Source: Octopus sinensis | Lineage: Eukaryota | Direction of reading: 5' to 3' | Length of the DNA stretch: 64,000 nucleotides | NCBI RefSeq assembly: GCF_006345805.1 | Contig: NC_043006.1 | Coordinates: forward strand, 91,574,001 to 91,638,000 | Shown: positions 38,188 to 50,551 of the stretch, one piece after another | How the letters are laid out: each line of letters starts with the position of its first letter | Numbering within the stretch: position 1 is the stretch's first letter | The notes under the pieces: generated by a model | What the model was told of the DNA's origin: nothing | The model's input: the letters and a program-made list of their open reading frames with translations, nothing else | The model's database searches: none | Position numbers and translations under genes: made by a program

Positions 38188-39325
38188 AACAAGGTGTATT
38201 CAAAACATACACCTTTGCGTAGGTATTACAACCGCGTTTCGTGGTTTGCTACCTCAACAGCTCCTTTATAGGATCTAGCGGCTAAAGACATCATCAGGAG
38301 GAACTACGTCCGGTTTCGGCACCTAATCCTCTACCATTTTCGACGTGGTTCCCCCACCCCTTTCGGAGGTGTCTTCAGCTCTGGTGTTGAGTTCATTTCT
38401 TCTTTCACCTTCTTTCTTCTGTTCCCTAGCCTCTTCGATGCAGCGTCAATGAGTGTCAGGGGGCGACTGGCCATCCTGCCAAATTTCCCTTTAAATACTC
38501 GCTGGTAGTAATTTTGGACATGTTACAAATTTGAGTCAACAGCCTTCAAAATACTTCCCAAGGAGTTCACGTATTTCTCTCAGCGGTTCTGCCATCCCTG
38601 GTAGCATCTCTGGAATGCTATGGAACTTCACCGTCTCTTTTCTCAGAATTTTTCTGGTGATCCAAATAGCTTCACTTTCAGCGTGGTTTTCAGTTTGGGG
38701 AAGAGCCAGAAGTCACACGGTGCCAAGTCGGGAGAGTAGGTTACCAGTGGTGTGCAGTTATCAATCAGGAAAGCTTGGATTACGGGGTGCATTCAATAAG
38801 TAACCAACGTGATTTCTTCGCTTTCACCTCCGCACGCGCAAATCCTTCATTAAAATGGAATGCACTCATTCTGTGCTTATTCCCACCTTGTGGGCAATTT
38901 TCTAGATTGCTAAATGGCGGTCTTCTATTCGCTGAACCTTCTCAATCAGTTTCGGCGCGTGGATGGCCTTTTCGTGTGTGGCTCGCTCTCTACTGAGCTG
39001 CAGCCATGTTTCAAGCGTTTGTACCACTCCCTGATCTGAGTGTTGCTCATTGTATCATTGCCAAAGGTCTGCTGCACTTTCTGGATGGTTTGAACTTAAG
39101 CGTCACCAAACGTTTCGCAGAACTGAAGCAATATCCCTACTCGGTGCATTCGGTGAAAACAAAAATCCGACGCGCACGCACTACACGTCTGTACTCGAGG
39201 TGTAACAGCCGGGAACTGACGCGGCCTACCGACGTGAAAGTTTTCACGCGTGCACAGGAAGGATGATGTCACCGCCACACCCAATGTATTTGGCTCATGC
39301 AGATACTTTTTGAACGCACTTCGTA
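38188..39325 (-). mobile_element. Internally deleted, degraded mariner element
   Basis: N-terminal HTH (QFCETFGDA*VQTIQKVQQTFGNDTMSNTQIREWYKRLKHG..ESEPHTKRPST) and C-terminal YSPDLAPCDFWLFPKLK. TIR tacgaagtgcgttcaaaaagtatc at 39325-39302 and a degenerate partner aacaaggtgtattcaaaacatac at 38188. Confidence 0.88.
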
Positions 39326-39880
39326 CGTTAGAATTAGTCTGTCAAAACATTTCGTAAATCAAAAGTATGATTATGAATATTTATTAATTGTTAAAAAATA
39401 ATTACTTTCTCTCTTTTTTTTATTGAATTACGAAAATACAACTGTATATTTAACAACTTTTGATGTTGACGGACGGCATCGCAAATATGATGCAGAGAGC
39501 AACAAATAAATCTGCTTCAAAGTGTATTTAAAAATCTGCTTCTAAGCGTACTTCTAGAGTAACGGTAAAACAACATGAAAAAACAGAATTTCACTTGTCT
39601 TTCACTGATCAATTCCAACGTTAAATAACTAAAATATACAAATTTGAACTAACCCAAGAGTTTTATGACGACTATGTGTATAAGCATGTATCTATGCATG
39701 TATATATGTGCATGTGTGTCTGTGCTTATGTTTATTTGTGTGTATGTATATATGTGCGTTTATAATTGCCCGTAAATATGATTATGTAATGGTGTATATG
39801 CACACATGTGTTTTTAGTTGCGTGTTTGTGTGTGTGTGTGTATATACGCATTCTAAATCCATGGTTATGCATGCAGATAC

Positions 39881-40082
39881 GGCAGCGAGCTGGCAGAATC
39901 GTTAGCACGCCGGGTGAAATGCTTAGCGGTATTTCGTCTGCTGCTACGTTCTGAGTTCAAATTCCGCCGAGGTCGACTTTGCCTTTCATCCTTTTGGGGT
40001 CGATTAAATAAGTACCTGTTACGCACTGGGGTCGATATAATCGATTTAATCCGTTTGCCTGTCCTTGTTTGTCCTCTCTGTA
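39881..40082 (+). mobile_element. SINE family A, well preserved
   Basis: Full head, ttctgagttcaaattccgccgaggtcgactttgcctttcatcc body and the variant tail atccgtttg..tgtccttgtttgtcc. Confidence 0.9.
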
Positions 40083-40590
40083 TAAGTTCTTAGCAGATAT
40101 ATTTAAAAGCAACAAGGAGTGTTGTACATGGAGTATACCACATGAAACCATGTTTTGAAACCGCCATAACGGATTGTATGACATTACTAGTAAAATGTCA
40201 GTGAATTGATCACAGTCTGTCAATATCAGCTGGTTATCAAAATAAACACAAATATTGCAAGTCAGTATTACACATTGATATTCTTGCTTGTAAATCTCAG
40301 TGCCATAGACAAATGATCTCTTATTCAGCTTAAAATGCCTCCCTTTATACTGCACAAAGGAAACCCCTTTTCATCGCTGTGTGGTTCCAATATTAGAAGG
40401 TAGGAAACTACTAGAAAATTCCACTGAGCACAAGCTATTTACTAATTCTCTTCATACACCATTTACATGGTAATTTAAACAAACCTTTCTTTCTGTATCA
40501 GCTGTGTCTCTGACATGTTGAATATTGAGAAAACGAGGGGAAAAAAAGAGAAATGATGCAAAGTGTTATCAACTGCGATGGTAATATATC

Positions 40591-40612
40591 TATAATAATG
40601 ATAATAATAATA

Positions 40613-40643
<31 letters not shown>

Positions 40644-40648
40644 TAATG

Positions 40649-40738
<90 letters not shown>
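40591..40738. repeat. Long (TAA)n array (~150 bp) with no insertion
   Basis: Seen directly. Confidence 0.97.
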
Positions 40739-40934
40739 TTTTTTTCTTTATTATTGCCACCAGAGCCCATTCACACAAACAATAATACGTATATGTGTTT
40801 CAAATGTAAGATGAACGAAATAAAATTATAATAAAACAAGGGGAGGGGCAGAAACACTTCGCAAAATATTAAGACATGGTGAAAAATTTCAAACTTCTGA
40901 AAAATGACTTTGACAAAATTAATAAGTGATCATA

Positions 40935-41097
40935 TAATTTATCATTATGGTCGGGTTCCAACCCGGGCCGCATCGACAAAGTCTACCCGTTACACTTCTC
41001 GGTCCATCATCACTGCCTCGTGGTCCTGGATCCATTCCAGGCCAGTGGCTGCAATCAAGTCATCGGTGTAAGAGCGACGACGTTGTCCTCTTCTATA
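40935..41097 (-). mobile_element. RTE-clade LINE 3' end
   Basis: YRRGQRRRSYTDDLIAATGLEWIQDHEAVMMDREV*RVDFVDAARVGTRP* resembles the RTE terminus RGRP..TY.D.L..DTGL...AM.DR..WR. Confidence 0.7.
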
Positions 41098-41383
41098 ATC
41101 ATGACGTCGTTATGATTATATAAAACAGAACAGACATAATTGGATTCAAATTCTGGCACAAGGCCAGCAATTTCAGGACGGAGGATGAGACGATGTAATC
41201 GACTCAGAAACATGTCTCTGGTTGCAGGCTTAGCTGGATGGGGGTGCTTGTCTCCCCCTTGTAAACTTAAGGACACAGGAAATGTGTCAAGACCGACAGG
41301 AAGCGTTGATGCTTCCTAGGACTAAATAGCGGTATGTGATTCCCTTTATGGGATTGTCACGTTAAGTTGACAGTATACAACTG

Positions 41384-41465
<82 letters not shown>

Positions 41466-41469
41466 TCTC

Positions 41470-41835
41470 TTTACTCTTTTACTCTTTTACTTGTTTCAGT
41501 CATTTGACTGCGGTACTTATTCTTTGTAAGCCCAGTACTTATTCTATCGGTCTCTTATGCCGAACCGCTAAGTGACGGGGACGTAAACACACCAGCATCG
41601 GTTGTCAAGCAATGCTAGGGAGACAAACACAGACACACAAACATACACACACACATATATATATATATATATACATATATTCGACAGGCTTCTTTCAGTT
41701 TCCGTCTACCAAATCCACTCACAAGGCATTGGTCGGCCCGGGGCTATAGCAGAAGACACGTGCCCAAGATGCCACGCAGTGGGACTGAACCCGGAACCAT
41801 GTGGTTGGTTAGCAAGCTACTTACCACACAGCCAC
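41470..41835 (-). mobile_element. SINE family B, near full length with a deletion in the tail
   Basis: Head gtggctgtgtggtaagtagcttgct..ggttccgggttcagtcccactgcg, internal (TG/TA)n, and tail ccgcagtcaaatgactgaaacaagtaaaagagtaaaagag. Confidence 0.9.
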
Positions 41836-43273
41836 AGATATATATGTAGAAGCATTTACGCACGCGTTACGTTAAGTCCCCCAGCTCTATTTAGCCTAAC
41901 GCAAACCCCTAAAAACGTTTTTCTGTGACCCTTTCTGTACAATTGACTCACGATATGTTATACTCATTCGCTCTTCATTACACAAACAAGTGATTTGATC
42001 GATTTCCCAGAACTAATATTATTCATTAGTTCGATCAACATTTTGCTTGTATTCTGTGGCCAATATTACATTTTAACGTCAATGCTGGTTGTTTTGTGTT
42101 GTGGCAAGCAGACTGTGAATTTATACGAACTCTACAGTGTTCATGAATTTGGTGTAGCTTGATATTGTTTTAACGAGAACTACGCACAGAAATTATATAT
42201 AATAAGACCTCTATTCTGGTCTCTTTTCTTAAAGCAAGGAAACACATTCACATCAGCTTCCGAAACTGTTAGGCAGTTAGTATAACGAAGTTAACAGAGA
42301 TGATTCCAGATTCCAAATAATTTTAGTTTCATTCTTCTCCGTGATTGTATTTTCTCTGAAATGGATGCTCGGCGCTATTGCCGTCTCTATCAACTCTCTT
42401 CCCTCACAGCTCTGCCCAGACCATAGATCTGGCCTCAATGCTTACCAAACCAACAAAGGCAGCGCCCTAACGGGTTTAAAACGGGTGTCGGTGTTAAATT
42501 GGACGAAAAATCAAGTCTGCGACCAAGAAAGAGAAAAGGTGAATCTGCGGACTTGCACACTTTTTCTATCCACCAAATTTCCCTCATAAGGTATTGTTAG
42601 AAAATTCTTGATTAAGGTATCACACAACAGAATCATACGCTAAACCCCATAATTTCGCTGCAAACTTGTTAACCACACAGACTTTCCTAAATTTATTCAT
42701 TAATAAATTAAAATTTAAGATAACTTTGAAATACTTTGCATCTAAACAAGTTAACGCGCAGTCGCAGAGACGCCGATACATGTTTAAATACCATCAGATA
42801 GTTACTAAGATGAGAAATAGGAAATAAGGAAATAAAAACACGTTTTTGATGATTTAAGAAACAACATTGGAGCTAAGATGCGAATGTAATTAGTTGTATT
42901 TCATGCTAAAGTCAATTTTTTTCATTGTTTCTCAAATCATTCAAACAATTAACAGCATTGGAACTTTTGTTTGTGAAATGGAAATACAAATTGAAAGTGG
43001 GAAAACAGTTATTAGAAACATTCACAGGAATTATTTGGCAGGAGTCACATGAAGAACGCTTACACTCTGACAGTTTAGTGAAGGTTCCTTACTCCTGGAG
43101 AGATTTTAGTCATAAAATCATCAATAAGAAAGGAAGAAAACAGAAAAATATTCCATAATTTCTTGGTGTAATCAGAAGAGCCACAGGGAGAGACCAAAGG
43201 AACTGAAGCTCTTCTCTCTAGAGAGAAGGCGTGAAAGATAGGCAGTGAGATATATATATATGTATACATGTAT

Positions 43274-44167
43274 ATCTGGTTCTTGACTGATGACTGAGGG
43301 CTTCGAATGTCCCGTCCTGTGGTTCTTGTGTCGTCTCTGTGGTGTTTCATGTTCTTGTCCATGTCTGTAATTAATTTTACTGTTTACCTATATAATCGGC
43401 GGCTACGTATCCACAATTGTCCTTATACGATAAGTATATTTTTTTCTCAAGCTTTGATACGACTCTTAATCTGTCTCTTTTTCTCTCTCTCTCTCTCCTC
43501 CCTTATTCCACTTCCTTTCTTTCCCTCTCCATCCGTCCCCCCCCCTTTCTACGTTTCTCTATCTCTCTCACCTCCAGCCCCCTCGATCTGTCTCTTTCTT
43601 CTCCTCCCTCGTCCACCTTCTCTCCCTTTTCATCTGTCCCTTTCTCCTGTCTTTTGTTCTCACGTGACAGCTAGCCGCTGTTGAGCGCTCTTTTCGTTTT
43701 CAGCAGCCTCAGAAGCAACACGTATTTGTTCGTCTCCCCGTGGCCTTTAGGCACAACTTCACAAGCCAGCCCCTACTCAAATCGTCCTGTCGAAAGACCC
43801 TTGTCCTACGTCCTGGTTTTGTTTTGTTGTTTATTTTTTATTTTTACCGTTATTGTTTTTACGTTTTTGTATTCTTATTGGTGTCACGTATTCTGTATTT
43901 TTGTTTGTGTACTTCGATCGTTTTCCGTCCTTTCGTTGTATACATTCGAAGCTTTCTTCCAGGGATCTAATGTGCTTGGCTTAGATTTCCCTTGCGGGCT
44001 GGCCATATCGGAGCAATCTCAAGATTAATCAGCCGAAATTGCTAAGATGATCTGGTTCTTGACTGATGACTGAGGGCTTCGAATGTCCCGTCCTGTGGTT
44101 CTTGTGTCGTCTCTGTGGTGTTTCATGTTCTTGTCCATGTCTGTAATTAATTTTACTGTTTACCTAT

Positions 44168-44170
<3 letters not shown>
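43274..44170 (+). mobile_element. ~900-bp non-coding element with 121-bp identical terminal direct repeats (pLTR/LTR-like), inserted in (TA)n
   Basis: 43274-43394 matches 44050-44170 with no differences seen. No credible ORF. Flanked by TA arrays. Confidence 0.85.
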
Positions 44171-44221
<51 letters not shown>

Positions 44222-44310
44222 ATAATTTCAACAATTGAGGGTAAAATTAATTAATTAATCAATTTCACCAAGTATTCAGTATGCAAAGGGACCATTTAAG
44301 GCGAATTCAA

Positions 44311-45033
44311 ATTATTACATTATATAAAAGGGCTTAGTAAAATAAATTACTTTCTAATTTATTAAAACTATTTATTAAAACTATTTATTAAAACTAATTT
44401 ATTAAAACTATTTCTAATACTTAAAGAAAACCTCTCTCATATAGTGTTTGCTCAATTCAACTCACGCAAATATGGAGGTAGAGACATTAAAAAATCAAGT
44501 GCAAAGGTTATTTGAGAACGTACGTTTCAAGATTAGTCAACACGACATTTCTATCATCAGCTCAGAACTCCCTGGTTTGGATTTGAAAACACTGAAAGTG
44601 GGAGCATACCCTTTCGGCTTCCTCTCGCTTCTGAAGATCTGCTCCCGAAAGTGGGAGCATACCCTTTCGGCTTCCTCTCGCTTCTGAAGATCTGCTCCCA
44701 ACTGTTAGTTGGGAGCAGATCTTCAGAAGCGAGAGGAAGCCGAAAGGGTATGCTCCCACTTTCAGTGTTTTCAAATCCAACCAGGGAGTTCTGAGCTGAC
44801 GATAGAAATGTCGTGTTGACTAATCTTGAAACGCACGTTCTCAAATAACCTTTGCACTTGATTTTTTATGTCTCTACCCCCATATTTGCGTGAGTTGAAT
44901 TGAGCAAACACTATATGAGAGAGGTTTTCTTTAAGTATTAGAAATAGCTTTAAAAAAGTTTTTTAGCTGCTATTTCTAATGAGTTCAGTATGCGGCAAAG
45001 TAATTTATTTTACTAAGCCCTTTTATATAATGT

Positions 45034-45039
<6 letters not shown>
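44311..45039. repeat. ~730-bp fold-back palindrome with a 3-nt central loop
   Basis: Inner arms 44408-44703 / 44707-44947 with about 5 differences apart from a 53-bp duplication (44594-44646 = 44647-44699) in the left arm. Outer arms 44311-44352 / 44998-45039. Confidence 0.95.
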
Positions 45040-45110
<71 letters not shown>

Positions 45111-45324
45111 TACATGTATACATATATATACGGAGGGTCCTGGAAGTTCTGGCTCCCCACTTTGGAACTGAAAGCTATACCAGTCACCGAACTGGTGGCT
45201 GGTATAACTTTCAAATACATAGTACCCAAGATCTCGCCTTCTCTCTCTTGAATAAGGACTCGGTACTCGAACAGCCTGAGTTTCAGAGATGCACACTTAT
45301 TAAACATTCTGACAGCTATGTATA

Positions 45325-45505
45325 GATGTGGAGGACTTCAAAAAGCATGTGGAAATTTTTTTTTATCTGAGAAACTTGATGGACCTAAAGCACAGCAAGA
45401 AGCACAAAGAAGAGCAGCTCCATCCAGCTCGTTACTTCACTAGAAACATACCGCTCCAGCATGGCCTCAACATCTGGTTGAAACTAGTAAAAGATAAAAG
45501 ATAAT
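45325..45505 (+). mobile_element. Short 3' fragment of the CR1/L2-group LINE family
   Basis: VEDFKKHVEIF/LSEKLDGPKAQQEAQRRAAPSSSLLH aligns to DVFKMKLDLFLSGIPDEPTSRQEVQMRAAASNSLMH at 63.4 kb, followed by the gctccagcatggcc..tgaaactag tail. Confidence 0.7.
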
Positions 45506-47063
45506 CAACCCAAGTTAAGAAAAGGCTGAAGAATTTATGGGAAGACGGATCCGACAGTTTCTCCCTTTCAAAGTGATCAAAGATTCTATGTTTATACACT
45601 AGTACTTTATTTTATCCACCCGAAAAGAATGACTAGTGAACGTGAAGTCGGCAGAATTTGAACGCAGAGCGTTGGGAACCAAAATAAAAAAACGGAATGG
45701 TCAAGCAATTTTGCTAAAAGAACGCTATTAGCAGGATAAAGAAAATTTAGACTCTCTCTAATTATTGACCTTGAATATGTTTGGTTAGAATTAAGAATTC
45801 AATTTGGTTATTAGTGAAACCGAAACAGTTGAGATTAATTTAAATAATCCATCACTAGCTTCATTCCGATTCAAACCTGCTCAGAAATATTCCTCGGTAT
45901 GTGAGAATCGATCGTTCGTCGTCCTGCCCAAAGTTGCTATTTTGCATTTCCAATACTTTTGATATCCAATTAGTCGCTGAAGAACTTTCAAATGCCTACT
46001 TCAAATCACTTGTAATTAAGTTATATATATCTGTTTATTCTTCCCTTTTGAATCTTAATTAAGTCCTCGGGCCACAGGAAACATTTTAAAAGGAATCCTA
46101 TAATATCCAATCACTGATTTACATCTGCAAACACAATGAAGTTTTGGTAAAAACGAATTAATTCTATTTCTAGATTGAGTGATAAATTTCCTGATGCGAG
46201 AGGATACTAAATGTAAAATTCGCTTCTCAAATTTCCGGCATTGTTTGCAAACATTCAAGTATTTCACGCACTTCTGTCCTCCCATACAAACCGAGAATAT
46301 AACATTATTTTATTATTACATGCAAATTTGACATTCATATCAATGGAGACAATCCAAATAATCATCGTTTACTCAATGGTGACATCATTAATTTACAGAT
46401 AGTATTTAAATTGTTTATCTATGCTGATTGCCTGCAGGTAAAATTCGTTCTTGAAAATTGAAATTTTAGACCGAGAATGCTGTTCATTAAGATTTCTTTC
46501 CACATGGTTTATTAAATCCTTCGATTTATCCTTGGGTCTTCTCTGAAATCTTACAGATGTTTGAGTAGCAGTAGCTGTAAAATAGGAGACTAAATATACA
46601 CAGCCATTTAAATTTGAAGTTCTGTAAGAATGATAAATGTAAGCATTGAATAAAAAGTTTACAAGGAGTTACTGCTGAGGGGGAAGGTCGTCAGTAGGAT
46701 GTCGATGCGACGCCGTCGATCGATGAAATTTCTGTGGTTTATATCTCATCAGCAGAATGGTATGTTGTGCCCATAATAATGTAGTTAACCATTCTTTTTG
46801 ATTTAATTCTAGCTACCAGTTTGTACTCGGTTTGGGTATCTATTGCCTCCGAAAATGGTGGAGAGAGAGTACAATAAATAACTACTCTCTAATCTGGGAC
46901 GTGATCTTATGAGCTGGGAAACGATAAAGAAAACCGCTCTTGCACACGTACAAAACTGTGTAGATACTCTCTTTGTAGAGAAAGTATCAATACACAATAT
47001 GGAGAGTACAGAGAGACGTTGGTGGTTACTCACATAAATGGTTTCTATAATTTCAGCTAAATA

Positions 47064-47279
47064 AGTCGGTAAACTGGTCAAATCGTTAAGCACGTCGAAA
47101 AGATGCTTAGCGGCATTCCTTTCGACTGGACGTTCTGAGTTCGAATACCACCGGCGTCGATTTTGCTTTTTATCCTTTTGGACTTGATAAAATAAGTACC
47201 AGTTGAGCACTGGGGTCGATGTAATCGATTTGCCCTTCCCTCTAAATTGCTGGTCTTGTGCTAAAATTTGAAACCAATA
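47064..47279 (+). mobile_element. SINE family A
   Basis: gatgcttagcgg..gttctgagttcgaat..ataaaataagtaccagttgagcactggggtcgatgtaatcga..aaaatttgaaaccaat. Confidence 0.85.
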
Positions 47280-47978
47280 TTTTCAGGTAAATGCATAAAA
47301 GGTTCCATTTTGTTTTTCTATTTCTTTTAAGTAAAGGCATTGGCATTGTAACCGTTGGGTACCTTTTGCTGAATCGTGAGAGAAGCGAATTTGACGTGTC
47401 TTAAGAGATGGAAATACTAAAAGATTTACACTGAATGCATTTAGTACAAATTTATTTGTAGGGACGGAAATTTGTTTTACGAATTAAGTCGACCATTTAA
47501 AGAGAAACAAAAATGGTCGCCATCCAGATTTGTTTAATATGTTTACGTCTGTTTGTGATTTGGAAGTTGCGTCGTGTCACTACCCACCTTCAACATAGGA
47601 TTCATTATGCGTTCAGAAAAAAAACAACCCACCAAAAAATAAAAAGAAAGAAAAGCTATTGTCATGAATTGGCTGAAATCAATAATTCTTGGGTCGTAGT
47701 CCTTAATCCATCTCGTACGCGACTTCACATCCTTATATCCATTCCCGCCATCATTACTTCATGAATGCCATCTCTTTCGTATCATGACATATTTTTTGTC
47801 GTATTTTTGATAAATTTTTATACATTTTTACCATATCAGTTTAGACTTTCCGATTGGTTATCAGATTTTTCTCTTTAGAACCTCTTTTATATCTCTTCAA
47901 CACTCATTATTGCTGCTTGAGCCAGTTACATTAACCTTTTTGTTGCCAGCATTATTATTAATATTTTGTACATTATAA

Positions 47979-48180
47979 GGCGGTGAGCTGGCAGAAACGT
48001 TAGAACGGCGGGCTTAGCAGTATTTCGTCTGTCTTTACGTTCTGGGTTCAAATTTCACCGTGGTTGACTTTGCCTTTCATCCTTTCGGGGTCCATAAATT
48101 AAGTACCAGTTACGTACTGGGTCGATCTAATCGACTGGCTCCCTCCCCTAAAATTGCGGGCCTTGTGCCGAAAGTAGGAA
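47979..48180 (+). mobile_element. SINE family A
   Basis: ggcggtgagctggcagaaacgttag..ttcatcctttcggggtc..aagtaccagttacgtactgg. Confidence 0.88.
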
Positions 48181-50442
48181 AGAATATTTAACACATTGTA
48201 GTATATAATTTCATGTTTGTTTATTACTTTATCGCAATTGATTGCTTATTGAACACAATTGCTTATCAACGTTCAATAAAATAGAGGCGAGTCTCCACGA
48301 ACAGTGGTCTCCTCTATCAACGGAAAAAACTGAAGAGAGAATGTCAGGGAGTGAAGAGGGATAAAAAGAGAAGAAACCCCTTGGAATAGTCTTGGAGACA
48401 ATAATGAAAGACACAAATGGAAAGTGGAACTCAAATGGCTTTTATCAACTGTCCTCCAATGAGCCCGTGTCCGTTTAGGCCTTCCAACTGCGTTTCCCAT
48501 CCTGATGTTTACACAGCAGTACGTTCTTCAGTATCCATCCCACACTTGCTATCGCTACACAACTCACTCACTCTGACCTTCTTGTCCTCAGCATTGCCAT
48601 TTGTATTGAAAATAGATTTATCTAACTGCAGCTTATTATATCTTTCACATATGTTAATTAGTTTGCTTAGTAATCAAGAATTGATTTCTGAATTTTTTGA
48701 TAAATTTATCAGTCAACCTTCGATAAAATAGGGTTAAATCTATAAGCACCGAAGTCGATTATATTGACTGAAACGTGTAGCTGCAGTTCAATGTCTGAAC
48801 AACAGGATAAAAGAATAACAGAATAAAAGATTTAGGAGGAAGACATTTTGCTGAAACATTGTTCGGCAGGCAAGAGATTGTCAGAGTCGTTAGTTAATTA
48901 TGTCTTGGGGTATACGTCTCGGCCTTCAGCATCTGAAGTCAAATCCTGTCGAAGTCAGCTTTTCCTTCCATCCCGCTATGTTCGATAAATAAAGTGGCAG
49001 GCCAGGGAGGAGAATTGGCAAAATGATTAGGTCGTCCGGTGAGATGAATTGTAGCAGTAGTTCGTTCTCTTTGTAATCTGAAGCAACAACTATGATGACA
49101 GTGGCACCAAGCTGTATAGGTTCTTGGTTTTGCTTTGGATAATATCGCTGATATCGAGAACAGCATCTTGCCTATATGAGCGAGATTTGGTGCCGGCAGC
49201 CCTTTCAGGCACTCTAACGATTTCGTTGGTCAACTACCCTAGACGGGTGACTAGAATTATCAGCCTGAGCTACATTAAAACGTAAAGTCGACTCTGAAGG
49301 GATTGAATTAGAAAGCTAAGAGTCGGAATAAATACTACAAGGCATTTCGGCTGATGCGCTAACCACTGCTAATTCGCCTTTTTTTTTTGAGCAAATAAGT
49401 ATATTTGGGAAATTTTGTTTTGTATAAAAGAAAATGTATTAAAAATAGCATTAAATATTTTAGGCTCAGAGTAATGGAACTATCGTTGATTTCGACGACA
49501 AACATTCAGTTATTTGCTGTACGTATCTGATTACATCGCAGACAGGTATAACTTAAATACAATTCTTGAAGGTGAATCCTCCCGACATTAGTGCAACGCA
49601 TTTGAAAGGATTCTACATAGTCTCCGACTTATCAGTTTTGTTCATAAATGCTAGTCAATCAAGCCACTTGTCTAAAGTACCATGCAATAGCATCGAAAAC
49701 GGTGTTTCATAATTGGAAAGCGAATTTCTTACTTGACTATACTTAAGTCTAGTCTCTCCTTAGAATATAATTATAATTTAAGCTATAGACAATTATTAAG
49801 CAGCTTCTATTTTATTAAAGAAATAATAAAGAAAATTTCAGTTCGTATTCTTCAAATTTTTTCAAATGTAATTTTATTATTTTCGCGGTGCACCTACATA
49901 AATATTTTCATAATGAGAACGATTGCCAATAACACATTGCAATAATGGCTAACGTGGCCTGTTGTAAGCAGTCTTCTGCAATTTCAAGCAGTCGGTCTGC
50001 TGGAAATTACAGCCGTATCTCCTCCAGATCCTTTCTATCTTAAGGTGCTTAAAAGAACAGAGTTTTCGATCGTTTAATCAAAGGCTTTGGAGACATCAGT
50101 CAAGATCCATTTTCGGAGTCGCTAAGACTCTGGTGAGTAGGAAAGTAAAGATTAGACTAAAGAGACTGGCTCGATTGGTTGTGGCCATGGCCGAAGTACC
50201 TTTCATCAGAGGTCTCATCAATCAGGAAACACGTGGGGAAAGTTTGTACAGAGAAACATTATGTTTTACTTATATAATGTATCGACACAAAATCATTTTG
50301 TATAAATCATTTGGAAATATTCAAATTTTACAAACTCGCAATTGTATAGAATTTAAAAGGAAAACGGAAATTGTTGAAATATATGTCGATTACCAAAAGC
50401 AGAAGGAAAAACTTACAAGACTGCACAAACACTAGAGTCTGC

Positions 50443-50551
50443 CTACCTACCTACCTACCTACCTACCTACCTACCTACCTACCTACCTACCTACCTACCT
50501 ACCTACCTACCTACCTACCTACCTACCTACCTACCTACCTACCTACCTACC
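50443..50551. repeat. (TACC)n microsatellite
   Basis: Seen directly. Confidence 0.97.

Noticed and set aside
44708-44760. Hammerhead-like string in the palindrome arm (..cttcagaagc..gccgaaagggta..)
   Set aside because: The core reads CTTCAGA, not CTGANGA, and stems I and III do not register correctly.
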